DNA from: Deferribacterales bacterium
GTDB taxonomy: Bacteria > Chrysiogenota > Deferribacteres > Deferribacterales > Geovibrionaceae
Assembly: GCA_050251875.1 (NCBI GenBank)
Contig: JBFWMA010000001.1
Location: 64,001-128,000, forward strand
Length of the DNA: 64,000 bases
Direction: 5' to 3'
This document shows, one piece after another, positions 27,101 to 36,508 of this stretch. The position numbers and the translations under genes were made by a program. Within the stretch, counting starts at the first letter, position 1. The number at the start of each line of letters is the position of its first letter. Under the pieces are notes generated by a model that was not told the origin of the DNA, made no database searches, and saw nothing but the letters and a program-made list of their open reading frames with translations.

Positions 27101-28168
27101 CAGAATCTTTTCATAGAAGGCTTTTGTTTCGTTAAAACATCTGTCCCATGAGAACATGGCGGCATGGGCAAAACCCTTCCTGACGATTTCGTCCCTGTGT
27201 CCGCCCCTTTTCAGCCTGTCTATGGCGTCTGAAAAGCCCTCCGGAGATATTTCGTCCACCAGAACTCCTCCGTCTCCGGCTGATTCCGGCAGGGAAGATG
27301 TGTTGGAGGCTATGGCGGGACATCCGCATTTCATCGCTTCCAGAACCGGTATGCCGAATCCTTCATACAGTGACGGATACAGCAGGCACAGAGACACGGA
27401 ATAGATGTCTCTCATGGTGTCGTTGGATATGAACCCGAATTTACGGTATCTGTCTTTCAGATGCTTTTCCAGCAGTATTTTTTCTTTCTCATTCAGCTCT
27501 TTTCCGCCAAGAATCAGCAGGAAACATCCCGACATGGCGCTGGCTGTCACAGCCGTCTCAAAATTTTTATACCCGCCCCTTTCGCCCACAAAGACGGTAA
27601 AAGTATCGTCCGGCAGGTTGAGCGAATTTCTCAGCTCCAGCCTTGTCCTGACAGACGGGGTGAAGCCCCCGCTGACGCCGTTGTGTATCACGGTTATCCT
27701 TTCCTCCGGCGTTTTCGGAAAGAAGCGCAGAAGATCTCTCTTCGTGTTTTCGGATATGCAGATGATGCCGTCGGCGTTCTTTACGGCGTGGCGCTTCTGG
27801 GTGGTGTGCACCAGTCTTCTCAGCCCTTTGAAAAGATGCTCATAGGTGAAATCATGGACGGTGATGATCTTTTTTATTTTTTTATTGGTCAGGTCTCTAT
27901 AATAGCTGGAATGAAAAACAGCGGGCGTCTCCACATCTATACTCAGCGGCAGATATCTGGACATTATCAGGGGCAGATCGGGCTCATATATAATATTTTC
28001 CGATGGGATGCTGAAGGATTCCCTGACTTTGTTTCCGCAGGCGCCCAGTCTTTCGATGAATCTGGCATCGTCCGTTTCCAGAAGACGCATGGACAGTTCG
28101 TGCCAGTATCTGCTGATTCCGCCTGAATTCTGCAAAAAGTAGATGATGTTGTCATAGTATATTTTCAT
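27092..28168 (-). CDS. Glycosyltransferase family 4
   Basis: GGISRYW, ITVHDF, FVGERGGYKNF, YPSLYEGFGIPVLEAMKCG; ATG 28168 preferred over the TTG at 28237. Confidence 0.9.
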   Translation of the reverse strand: MKIYYDNIIYFLQNSGGISRYWHELSMRLLETDDARFIERLGACGNKVRESFSIPSENIIYEPDLPLIMSRYLPLSIDVETPAVFHSSYYRDLTNKKIKKIITVHDFTYEHLFKGLRRLVHTTQKRHAVKNADGIICISENTKRDLLRFFPKTPEERITVIHNGVSGGFTPSVRTRLELRNSLNLPDDTFTVFVGERGGYKNFETAVTASAMSGCFLLILGGKELNEKEKILLEKHLKDRYRKFGFISNDTMRDIYSVSLCLLYPSLYEGFGIPVLEAMKCGCPAIASNTSSLPESAGDGGVLVDEISPEGFSDAIDRLKRGGHRDEIVRKGFAHAAMFSWDRCFNETKAFYEKILSL

Positions 28169-28325
28169 ACAACAGAAATATAGCATGAATCCGAACAAAA
28201 TTAAGCTGAAATAATGTTGCAGACGTGAGTTTTTCAAATATAAACAATAACTTAAATTGAAATCAAATTGACAGGCAGGAGGTAATCATTTAAAAGAAAA
28301 GATTATCTTTTTTTGAGGCGTTTTT

Positions 28326-29486
28326 TTGAGCAGACAAAACACAAAAATAAATAAAGACGACTGCATCCTCGTTGCCGGAGCCACAGGGCTTGTCGGTTCA
28401 GCCATTGTGCGTGAACTGGCGGAGAGGGGATACACCAACATTGTCGGAACATATTATTCAAAAAAACCGGCACCGGTATTTAAGAACTATCTGGCGGATT
28501 ATAGTTCACTGGTGAAGTCAAAAAAAATCAGAATGATGAAGGTCGATCTGACTAATCAGAAGCAGACCATTAATATGTTTGATAAAATTCGTCCGGCTTG
28601 TGTTCTGGACAGCGCCGCCAGAGTGGGCGGAATATATGCCAACAATACATACAGAGCGGATTTCATCTATGAAAATCTGCGTATTCAGAACAACCTGATA
28701 CACTATTCATACGAATTTGACGTGAAAAAACTCCTGTTTCTGGGAAGCAGCTGTATCTATCCCAAGCACGCTCCACAGCCCATAACAGAATCAGCCCTTC
28801 TGACCGGAGAGCTGGAATACACCAACGAACCCTATGCCGTGGCGAAGATCGCCGGGCTGAGGCTTTGCGAGAGCTATTATATCCAGCACGGGTGCAACTT
28901 TATCTCGCTGATGCCCACCAACCTTTACGGATATAACGACAACTATGATCTGAAGGGATCTCATGTTATCCCCGCTCTGATACGCAAGATACATCTGGCG
29001 TCTCTGCTGGAACAGGACGATATGAAAGCCCTGACCGACAATCTGAAGCACGACTGCGATGCTCCGGACTGTATGGAGTTTCTGAAGAAACTGGGAATAG
29101 AGAAGAAAGACGGCAAGGTCGTCCTGAGCCTGTGGGGAACAGGCAAGCCGCTCAGAGAGTTCATGCATGTGGACGACATGGCGGACGCCGCCTGCTTCAT
29201 CATGGAGAATATAAACGCCTGGGACATGGGCGACAGAAACGGTCAGTACCGCAACGCCCATATCAATATAGGTTCCGGTGACGAAGTCACCATCGGCAAA
29301 GTGGCGGATATGATCAGGGATATCGCCGGATTCAACGGCGAGCTGCGCTTCAACCCGCTGATGCCTGACGGCACGCCGAGAAAACTTCTGGACTGCTCAC
29401 GCCTGCACAGTATGGGATTCTGTCATAAGATAAGTCTGGAGGAAGGTCTCCGATCTGCCTATGCCGACTATCTGAGCCGCATCTGA
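28326..29486 (+). CDS. fcl: GDP-L-fucose synthase
   Basis: GATGLVGS, AARVGGIYAN, LGSSCIYPK, EPYAVAKIAG, PTNLYG, WGTGKPLREF, PDGTPRKLLD. Confidence 0.95.
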   Translation: MSRQNTKINKDDCILVAGATGLVGSAIVRELAERGYTNIVGTYYSKKPAPVFKNYLADYSSLVKSKKIRMMKVDLTNQKQTINMFDKIRPACVLDSAARVGGIYANNTYRADFIYENLRIQNNLIHYSYEFDVKKLLFLGSSCIYPKHAPQPITESALLTGELEYTNEPYAVAKIAGLRLCESYYIQHGCNFISLMPTNLYGYNDNYDLKGSHVIPALIRKIHLASLLEQDDMKALTDNLKHDCDAPDCMEFLKKLGIEKKDGKVVLSLWGTGKPLREFMHVDDMADAACFIMENINAWDMGDRNGQYRNAHINIGSGDEVTIGKVADMIRDIAGFNGELRFNPLMPDGTPRKLLDCSRLHSMGFCHKISLEEGLRSAYADYLSRI

Positions 29487-30259
29487 TGCCTCTGCTATCC
29501 ATCGTTACGATAGTCAGAAACCATAAAGAAGGTCTTCTAAAAACAATTCACAGTGTCACTTCACAGCATTTTTCAGACTATGAGTATATCGTGGTTGACG
29601 GAGCGTCTGATGACGGCACTCTGGATGTGATAAATGAACACAAAAATATCTTTGCCGCAATCCTTTACGGACCGGATGGTGGGATATATGACGCCATGAA
29701 CAAAGGGCTTGCGAAAGCCCGCGGCGAATATATTATTTTCATGAATGCCGGAGACATCTTCGCTCATGAATATTCTCTGAAAGACGTGTTCGAAAAAGTG
29801 AAAGACAATCCGGACGTGATATACGGCGACTATACGGTGAATTACGGATATATGAAGAGATATGTCAGAGGGCACAGACTGAAAGACATATGGAAAGGGA
29901 TGCTCACGTCTCATCAGGCGCATCTGGTTCGCGCGTCCATGGCGGCGGAGTCCGGTTTTAACTGTGACCTGCGTCTGGGGGCGGATTTTGACATGATCTA
30001 CCGTCTGTATAAAGAGAAGAGAACGTTTCAGTATATCCCCTGTGAGATAGCCGTTACGGAACCCGGCGGACTGTCGGACAAAAAGAGGCTGACAGTCTAT
30101 AAAAACCATCTGGACACCATAAGCCGATACGGAATAAACCCGTGGCAGTTCGTCTATTATATCTATTCGTTTATAAACGCGGCGGCGAGGCTGTGGCTGA
30201 AAAAAATTCTGCCCGACTCTATGGTTAGAAAGATCATTAAGATGAAAGTGGACAGATAG
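29486..30259 (+). CDS. Glycosyltransferase family 2 (WcaE-like)
   Basis: VVDGASDDGT, GIYDAMNKG, FMNAGD, HQA, ADFD. Confidence 0.9.
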   Translation: MPLLSIVTIVRNHKEGLLKTIHSVTSQHFSDYEYIVVDGASDDGTLDVINEHKNIFAAILYGPDGGIYDAMNKGLAKARGEYIIFMNAGDIFAHEYSLKDVFEKVKDNPDVIYGDYTVNYGYMKRYVRGHRLKDIWKGMLTSHQAHLVRASMAAESGFNCDLRLGADFDMIYRLYKEKRTFQYIPCEIAVTEPGGLSDKKRLTVYKNHLDTISRYGINPWQFVYYIYSFINAAARLWLKKILPDSMVRKIIKMKVDR

Positions 30260-32179
30260 ATGGCTATAAAATACAGGCAGGACATAGACGGTCTTCGCAC
30301 GATGGCGATTCTCCCGGTGATATTTTATCACGCCGGGATGAATATTTTCTCCGGCGGATATGTGGGCGTGGATATCTTCTTTGTGATATCAGGTTACCTC
30401 ATCACATCCATCATAGTGAAAGAGCTGAACGATGACAGATTCACCATAGCGAACTTCTATGTCAGGCGAGTTAAGCGTATCTTTCCGGCTCTCTATTTTC
30501 TTCTTAGTTTTACATTCATATTATCATTTTTCAGCCTGATGCCCGCACACTTCGAGGCGTTCGGCAAGAGTGTTGTTTCCACTGTTCTCTTCAGCTCGAA
30601 TATACTGTTCTGGAGCGAGAGCGGCTATTTCGAATCAGCTGCTGAGACCAAGCCCCTGCTCCATACATGGTCGCTGGGGGTAGAGGAACAGTTCTATATC
30701 TTTTTCCCCGTGATACTGATGCTGGTGGCGAGATACGGCAGTAAGAAATACATCCGCTGGGCGCTTGGCATATTTATAATCTCTCTTGGTTTCAGCGTGT
30801 GGTCTGCCTCGGCTCATCCGGAGGCAGGATTCTATCTTATTCCGTTCAGGTCGTGGGAGCTGATGATCGGCGCTCTGATAGCGCTGGGATTCTATTATAA
30901 GACCGACAAGCCTCTGCATAAACATATCATGTCCGTTACTGGATTTGTGATGCTCCTTATGAGCATATTTATGTTTGATAAATCCACTCCGTTTCCCAGC
31001 TACAGAGCTCTTCTGCCCTGTGTGGGAACGGCGCTTATAATAATCAGCGAGGGAGGTATAATCAACCGTGCTCTTAGCTGGCGACCTATAGTGTGGATAG
31101 GTCTTCTTTCTTATTCACTTTATCTGTGGCACTGGGTTCTTTTCGCTCTCAGAAATTACTGGGAGAACGTGCATATTCCGGAGTTCTATAAATCTAACCT
31201 TTTTCTGATATTCCTTACGTTCGCTTTCGCCTCCTTTTCATATTATGTGGTGGAGAAACCCTTAAGGGTGGCGAAGATTCAGCGGAAGAGACTGTTTTTC
31301 AGCGTGACGTTCGCCGTTATGGCTGTGTTCACTCTGATAGGCGGATACACTGCCTATGACAAGGGTATGCCCGGAAGGATTCCGGCGGAAGTTTCAAAGA
31401 TAAGTCATGTTCCCGACAGCGGGTTCAAAAATAAAAAATGTTATGAACTCACAGCAGATGAGATAAAAGAAGGCAGAATGTGCCTGCTGGGCGATTCCGG
31501 CAGAAAACCTGATTTTATCCTGTGGGGGGATTCCCACGCTCTGGCGCTCAGTGACGGTATCAATTCCTTCGCTAAGAGCGAGAGCAAGAGCGGATATTTT
31601 GCCTCCAATTCGTCCTGTCCGCCGCTTCTGGGGCTGAAAAGCACCGACAGGTCGAAAACCGACAGGTGCGAGTCTTTCAAACAGGCTGTGGCGGAGAGGA
31701 TAGCGTCTGACGATTCCGTCAGAAAAGTTCTGCTGGTGTGCCGCTGGCAGGAATATACAAAAACCGGATATGGGCTGGCTCAGCTCGAAAAATCCCTGGC
31801 GGACACTCTGGACAGGCTGAAAGGAAAAGACGTCTATTTTGTTCTGGATAACGCCGAGGCGGATTTCGATGTACCCAGAGAGCTGGCGAAATTTCTGTTG
31901 TTAAAGGCGAAACTCCCGGCGCTGGCACCCTCTAAGGCACCATACGCCTCCGAGGCGGAATATCTGGAAAGAAACGGCGGGATGATGAAAATGCTCGAAA
32001 AATATAAAGGCGAAAATTTTCATGTGGCTGAGCTGTATAAAGGACTGTGCGAAAACGGCGAGTGCGCCGTGGCGCATGACGGTCATTCGCTCTATTATGA
32101 CGATGACCACCTGTCTGTATACGGAGCTGAGCTGGCAGTGGAAAGGAGCGCCGACATGATAAAAGAAGCGCTTAAATGA
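30260..32179 (+). CDS. O-acyltransferase, AT3 + SGNH fusion (OafA-like), paralogue 1
   Basis: DIDGLR, GVDIFFVISGY, RRVKRIFP, HTWSLGVEEQFY, SYSLYLWHW; GDSHA and DDDHLS. Confidence 0.93.
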   Translation: MAIKYRQDIDGLRTMAILPVIFYHAGMNIFSGGYVGVDIFFVISGYLITSIIVKELNDDRFTIANFYVRRVKRIFPALYFLLSFTFILSFFSLMPAHFEAFGKSVVSTVLFSSNILFWSESGYFESAAETKPLLHTWSLGVEEQFYIFFPVILMLVARYGSKKYIRWALGIFIISLGFSVWSASAHPEAGFYLIPFRSWELMIGALIALGFYYKTDKPLHKHIMSVTGFVMLLMSIFMFDKSTPFPSYRALLPCVGTALIIISEGGIINRALSWRPIVWIGLLSYSLYLWHWVLFALRNYWENVHIPEFYKSNLFLIFLTFAFASFSYYVVEKPLRVAKIQRKRLFFSVTFAVMAVFTLIGGYTAYDKGMPGRIPAEVSKISHVPDSGFKNKKCYELTADEIKEGRMCLLGDSGRKPDFILWGDSHALALSDGINSFAKSESKSGYFASNSSCPPLLGLKSTDRSKTDRCESFKQAVAERIASDDSVRKVLLVCRWQEYTKTGYGLAQLEKSLADTLDRLKGKDVYFVLDNAEADFDVPRELAKFLLLKAKLPALAPSKAPYASEAEYLERNGGMMKMLEKYKGENFHVAELYKGLCENGECAVAHDGHSLYYDDDHLSVYGAELAVERSADMIKEALK

Positions 32180-33295
32180 AATACAGAACGGACATAGACG
32201 GTCTTCGCACGATGGCGATTCTCCCGGTGATATTCTATCACGCCGGGATGAATATTTTCTCCGGCGGATATGTGGGCGTGGATATCTTCTTTGTGATATC
32301 AGGTTACCTCATCACATCCATCATAGTGAAAGAGCTGAACGATGACAGATTTACAATAGCGAACTTCTATGTCAGGCGAGTTAAGCGTATCTTTCCGGCT
32401 CTCTATTTTCTTCTTAGTTTTACATTCATATTATCATTTTTCAGCCTGATGCCCGCCCACTTCGAGGCGTTCGGCAAGAGTGTTGTTTCCACTGTCCTCT
32501 TCAGCTCGAATATACTGTTCTGGAGCGAGAGCGGCTATTTCGAATCAGCTGCTGAGACCAAACCCCTGCTCCATACATGGTCGCTTGGGGTAGAGGAACA
32601 GTTCTATATCTTTTTCCCCGTGATACTGATGCTGGTGGCGAGATACGGCAGTAAGAAATACATCCGCTGGGCGCTTGGCATATTTATAATCTCTCTTGGT
32701 TTCAGCGTGTGGTCTGCTTCGGCTCATCCGGAGGCAGGATTTTATCTGATCCCTTTCAGGTCGTGGGAGCTGATGATCGGCGCTCTGATAGCGCTGGGAT
32801 TCTATTATAAGACCGACAAGCCTCTGCATAAACATATCATGTCCGTTACGGGCTTTGTGATGCTGCTTATGAGCATATTTATGTTTGATAAATCCACTCC
32901 GTTTCCCAGCTACAGAGCGCTTTTGCCCTGTGTGGGTACGGCGCTTATAATAATCAGCGAGGGCGGTATAATCAACCGTATGCTTAGCTGGCGACCTATA
33001 GTGTGGATAGGTCTTCTTTCCTATTCACTTTATCTGTGGCACTGGGTTCTTTTCGCTCTCAGAAACTACTGGGAGAACGTGCATATTCCGGAGTTCTATA
33101 AGTCTAACCTTTTTCTGATATTCCTTACGTTCGCTTTCGCCTCCTTTTCATATTATGTGGTGGAGAAACCCCTTAGGGTGGCGAAGATTCAGCGGAAGAG
33201 ACTGTTCTTCAGCGTGACGTTTGCCGTTATGGCTGTGTTCACCCTGATAGGCGGATACACTGCCTATGACAAGGGTATGCCCGGAAGGATTCCGG
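30280..33295 (+). repeat. Direct repeat of ~1.1 kb: 30280-31385 and 32190-33295 (AT3 domains of the two acyltransferases)
   Basis: Constant 1910 bp offset; about 30 substitutions counted by eye, only one changed codon is non-synonymous. Confidence 0.93.
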
Positions 33296-34146
33296 ACGTG
33301 GCGCTGGAATATACCAAGAGCTACAAAAGCGCCTTTGAAATACCCGCATGTTACGGATACGCTCCGGAGAAAGTGACATATGACGGTCTGTGCCGTCTGG
33401 GGGATAAAGACGCCGAACCCTCTTTCATCCTGTGGGGGGATTCCCACGCTCTCGTTTTCAGCGATGGATTCGACAAGCTGGCGAAAGAACAGAAAAAAGC
33501 GGGTATATTGGCTGTGCGGGCGGCGTGCGCTCCTCTATTGGGCGTGACACGTCCTTCCAAACCGAAATATTTTAAATGTATCGAGTTCAATGACAGAATA
33601 GCGGAGATAATCCGTGATAATAAAAATCTGAAAAATGTTCTGATATCAGCCAGATGGGAGAGCGGGGCGGAGGGTGACGCATGGCATTTTCTGCTGAGCG
33701 ATGCCGAGACGCCGAAACCGTCCAAAGAGGAGAGCTTCAGGGCATATGACAGAGGGATAGAGAGAACGGTGAAGCTGGTGACCGGGCTGGACAGAGAGCT
33801 GAGCTTTATCATGGATAACCCGGAGTTCGCCTATGACGTTCCCAGAGAGCTGGCGAAACAGTCCGTTCTGAAATATTATCTGCCCGCTCTGGCAGGCAGT
33901 GCCGGGGTTTTCAGCCCCTATGAGAGATATGAGGAGAGAAACGCTAAGGTGCTCTCTTCGCTGAACAGGCTGAAAGAAAAATATGATTTCACGATCATAG
34001 ATACCGCTTCCGCGGCGTGTCCGGACGGACGGTGCGTGTCAGAGGCGGACGGAAGAAGCCTCTACAGCGATGATAACCATCTGTCGCCGTTCGGCTCTGT
34101 GTATCTTGTGGAAAAAATGGCGGACATGCTCAAGGGCAGAATTTGA
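32176..34146 (+). CDS. O-acyltransferase, AT3 + SGNH fusion (OafA-like), paralogue 2
   Basis: Same AT3 motifs; divergent SGNH domain with GDSHA and DDNHLS. Confidence 0.93.
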   Translation: MKYRTDIDGLRTMAILPVIFYHAGMNIFSGGYVGVDIFFVISGYLITSIIVKELNDDRFTIANFYVRRVKRIFPALYFLLSFTFILSFFSLMPAHFEAFGKSVVSTVLFSSNILFWSESGYFESAAETKPLLHTWSLGVEEQFYIFFPVILMLVARYGSKKYIRWALGIFIISLGFSVWSASAHPEAGFYLIPFRSWELMIGALIALGFYYKTDKPLHKHIMSVTGFVMLLMSIFMFDKSTPFPSYRALLPCVGTALIIISEGGIINRMLSWRPIVWIGLLSYSLYLWHWVLFALRNYWENVHIPEFYKSNLFLIFLTFAFASFSYYVVEKPLRVAKIQRKRLFFSVTFAVMAVFTLIGGYTAYDKGMPGRIPDVALEYTKSYKSAFEIPACYGYAPEKVTYDGLCRLGDKDAEPSFILWGDSHALVFSDGFDKLAKEQKKAGILAVRAACAPLLGVTRPSKPKYFKCIEFNDRIAEIIRDNKNLKNVLISARWESGAEGDAWHFLLSDAETPKPSKEESFRAYDRGIERTVKLVTGLDRELSFIMDNPEFAYDVPRELAKQSVLKYYLPALAGSAGVFSPYERYEERNAKVLSSLNRLKEKYDFTIIDTASAACPDGRCVSEADGRSLYSDDNHLSPFGSVYLVEKMADMLKGRI

Positions 34147-34209
34147 ATATATTGTTTTGAAATTATGTAACTTGGGTGTATATATCATCTTATGTGGTGA
34201 CAATATTAA

Positions 34210-34986
34210 ATGAGAATAAGCGTAATTACTGTCGTTAAAAACAACGAAAGAACCATCAGGCAGGCGATTGAATCTACCCTGAATCAGAAGGGAATAGATC
34301 TGGAGTATATCGTTCTTGACGGTATGTCCACTGATAATACGCTGAAAATCATTGATGAATATAAAGATAAAATCACCATATTCAAATCCGAGAAAGACAG
34401 AAACCTCTACCACGCCCTGAACAAGGCGATAGCCATGGCAACGGGCGATGTGGTCGCTATCCTCCATTCTGACGATGTTTACGCCACAGATACTATCCTG
34501 AAAGATGTTGTGGAGAAGTTCAAAGACGGTCACAGCATAGTTTACGGCGATCTGGCTATCGTGCGCCATGACGACACACGGCTCACCGTGCGCAGATGGC
34601 GGAGCGGGCATTTCAAAAAATATAAAATGTATCTGGGATGGATGCCTCCGCATCCGGCTTTTTTCGTTCGCAGAGACCTTTATGACAGATACGGCATGTT
34701 CGACACGGATATCAGGATATCCGCCGACTATGACCTGATGCTGAGGTTCATGGTGAACGAAGGGCGCTCCTCCTGCTATCTGGACAGGCTGATAGTAAAA
34801 ATGCGGGCGGGCGGAACCAGCAACAACACTCCCCTGAACATTTTCCGCAAGATGAGCGATGACTACAGAGTGGTTAAAAGGCACAATCTGGCGGGGCTCT
34901 TCACCATGGTTATGAAGAAGCTGAGCAAGGTTCATCAATACGCTCAGGTGGACAACCTGAAGGCAAGCGGAAAACGGGCTAAATAA
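34210..34986 (+). CDS. Glycosyltransferase family 2
   Basis: ISVIT, DGMSTDNT, YHALNKAI, LHSDD, GWMPPHPAFF, ISADYDL. Confidence 0.9.
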   Translation: MRISVITVVKNNERTIRQAIESTLNQKGIDLEYIVLDGMSTDNTLKIIDEYKDKITIFKSEKDRNLYHALNKAIAMATGDVVAILHSDDVYATDTILKDVVEKFKDGHSIVYGDLAIVRHDDTRLTVRRWRSGHFKKYKMYLGWMPPHPAFFVRRDLYDRYGMFDTDIRISADYDLMLRFMVNEGRSSCYLDRLIVKMRAGGTSNNTPLNIFRKMSDDYRVVKRHNLAGLFTMVMKKLSKVHQYAQVDNLKASGKRAK

Positions 34987-35033
34987 TTCAAATAAAGTGT
35001 TGCATCTTTTTGTTATTTGGCAAAAAATAGATA

Positions 35034-36338
35034 ATGAAAAGTAAGAACAGACTGTTCATGCAGCTCATCGCTGTTTTAGACATAATCGTATTTCTCGGCA
35101 CGGCTAAACTGCTGCCGTATATATCATCTTATGATATTATCATCGGCGTGATGCTGTTGATTTTTCTGCTGATGCTCTATGTCGCCGGGTTCTATTCTTT
35201 CAAACACAGCAGATCGTTCAAATTCGCCTCAACTTTCATCGCTCTTCTGGCTGTTTTCGATGCCGCCAACGTCATTGTGCAGTACGTTTTTCTTTACAAT
35301 CTGGTTTACGGGCGCAAGGTGCTCATTCTGTTCGACATCATCCTGTTCATCTATTTCACCTACAGGTGGGTGATAATCAACCGCAGGGTTATCAACAGTA
35401 AAATGCCCGTTTACATGCTCTGTTCCGGCAAATCTTCCGACATCGCCGGAAAGATTCAGAGCGAGAAGGTTCTGGTGAGCATGGGGCTTGTGTATAAAGG
35501 GATATGTGTTTATGACGGCGCCTTTTATGACGAGGATAAAAAAGAGCTGGCGCTCACCGACTGCATCATAATAATCGACCGTCTGGAAAATTATGACGAT
35601 TCTGTTCAGCAGGCGATCTTTATGACTAAGATAAACGGCGGATCGCTCATGTCTTATGAGGATTTCTGCGAAGTGTTTCTGGAAAAAATCCCCGTGGAAA
35701 CCATCACAGATGAATGGCTTATCCTCTCCAGAGGATTCGAGAATATATTTAACAATTTCTACATCAGGGCGAAGAGGCTTTTTGATGTGGCGGTCTCTCT
35801 TTTCGGGCTGATGCTGGCATCGCCGATCCTTCTGGTGTCCGCTGTCATGATTAAGCTGGATTCGAAGGGACCTGTTATTTTCAGCCAGACCAGAAGCAGT
35901 GTGCACGGCAACGTCTTTACCATACACAAGCTGCGCACCATGACGTGTGACGCTGAAAAAGACGGGGCGCAGTGGGCTGTGAAAAACGACTGCCGGATAA
36001 CGAAAATCGGAAACTTTCTCAGAAAGACCAGAATAGACGAGATCCCTCAGCTTTATAATGTTCTGAAAGGCGATATGAGCTTTATCGGACCCAGACCGGA
36101 GAGACCGGAGTTTGACAAGGATCTTCAGCAGGAGATTCCTTACTATATGCTCAGATATCTGGTGAAGCCGGGGCTGACAGGCTGGGCGCAGGTGAATCAT
36201 GGATACGGCGCCAGCATCGAGGATTCCAAGATCAAGCTGATGTACGATCTGTATTACATCAAAAACTATTCGTTCCTTCTGGACTTTCGGATAATCCTGA
36301 GGACTCTTCACATAGTCCTGTTCGGCAAGGGCAGATAA
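35034..36338 (+). CDS. Polyprenyl-phosphate phosphoglycosyltransferase (WbaP/WcaJ-like initiating sugar transferase)
   Basis: N-terminal TM segments, KRLFD, KLRTM, RIDEIPQLYNVLKGDMSFIGPRPER, KPGLTGWAQV. Confidence 0.93.
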   Translation: MKSKNRLFMQLIAVLDIIVFLGTAKLLPYISSYDIIIGVMLLIFLLMLYVAGFYSFKHSRSFKFASTFIALLAVFDAANVIVQYVFLYNLVYGRKVLILFDIILFIYFTYRWVIINRRVINSKMPVYMLCSGKSSDIAGKIQSEKVLVSMGLVYKGICVYDGAFYDEDKKELALTDCIIIIDRLENYDDSVQQAIFMTKINGGSLMSYEDFCEVFLEKIPVETITDEWLILSRGFENIFNNFYIRAKRLFDVAVSLFGLMLASPILLVSAVMIKLDSKGPVIFSQTRSSVHGNVFTIHKLRTMTCDAEKDGAQWAVKNDCRITKIGNFLRKTRIDEIPQLYNVLKGDMSFIGPRPERPEFDKDLQQEIPYYMLRYLVKPGLTGWAQVNHGYGASIEDSKIKLMYDLYYIKNYSFLLDFRIILRTLHIVLFGKGR

Positions 36339-36429
36339 GACTTCAGGATGAAGTCCGCGCAGCGTGAGCGGAATGAGGCTTAGCTGAAATGGAGCGTTAT
36401 CAAAAAAATTACAGGACGTAATTTTTTTG
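36339..36429 (+). repeat. GGA-loop double-hairpin element, copy E3
   Basis: GACTTC-AGGAT-GAAGTC..AGCGTGAGCGGAATGAGGC..ATGGAGCGTT..CAAAAAAATTAC-AGGAC-GTAATTTTTTTG, starting directly after the TAA. Confidence 0.87.
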
Positions 36430-36443
36430 TAAAAGTAATCAAT

Positions 36444-36497
36444 TTTCGTATAATCCTGAGGACTCTTTATATAGTCCTGTTCGGAAAAGGAAGGTAA
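36444..36497 (+). pseudogene. Orphan 18-codon duplicate of the sugar transferase 3' end
   Basis: Encodes FRIILRTLYIVLFGKGR* versus FRIILRTLHIVLFGKGR* at 36285-36338; 47/54 nt identical. Confidence 0.88.
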
Positions 36498-36508
36498 AAG
36501 CAATTTTT

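Noticed and set aside
36285..36497. Possible DGR template/variable repeat pair
   Set aside because: Only 3 of 7 mismatches are at adenines of the putative template, changes are mostly synonymous, and no reverse transcriptase is in the window.
35229..36503. 424 aa minus-strand ORF with an N-terminal repeat
   Set aside because: Antisense shadow of the sugar transferase; the repeat only reflects the 54 nt duplication.
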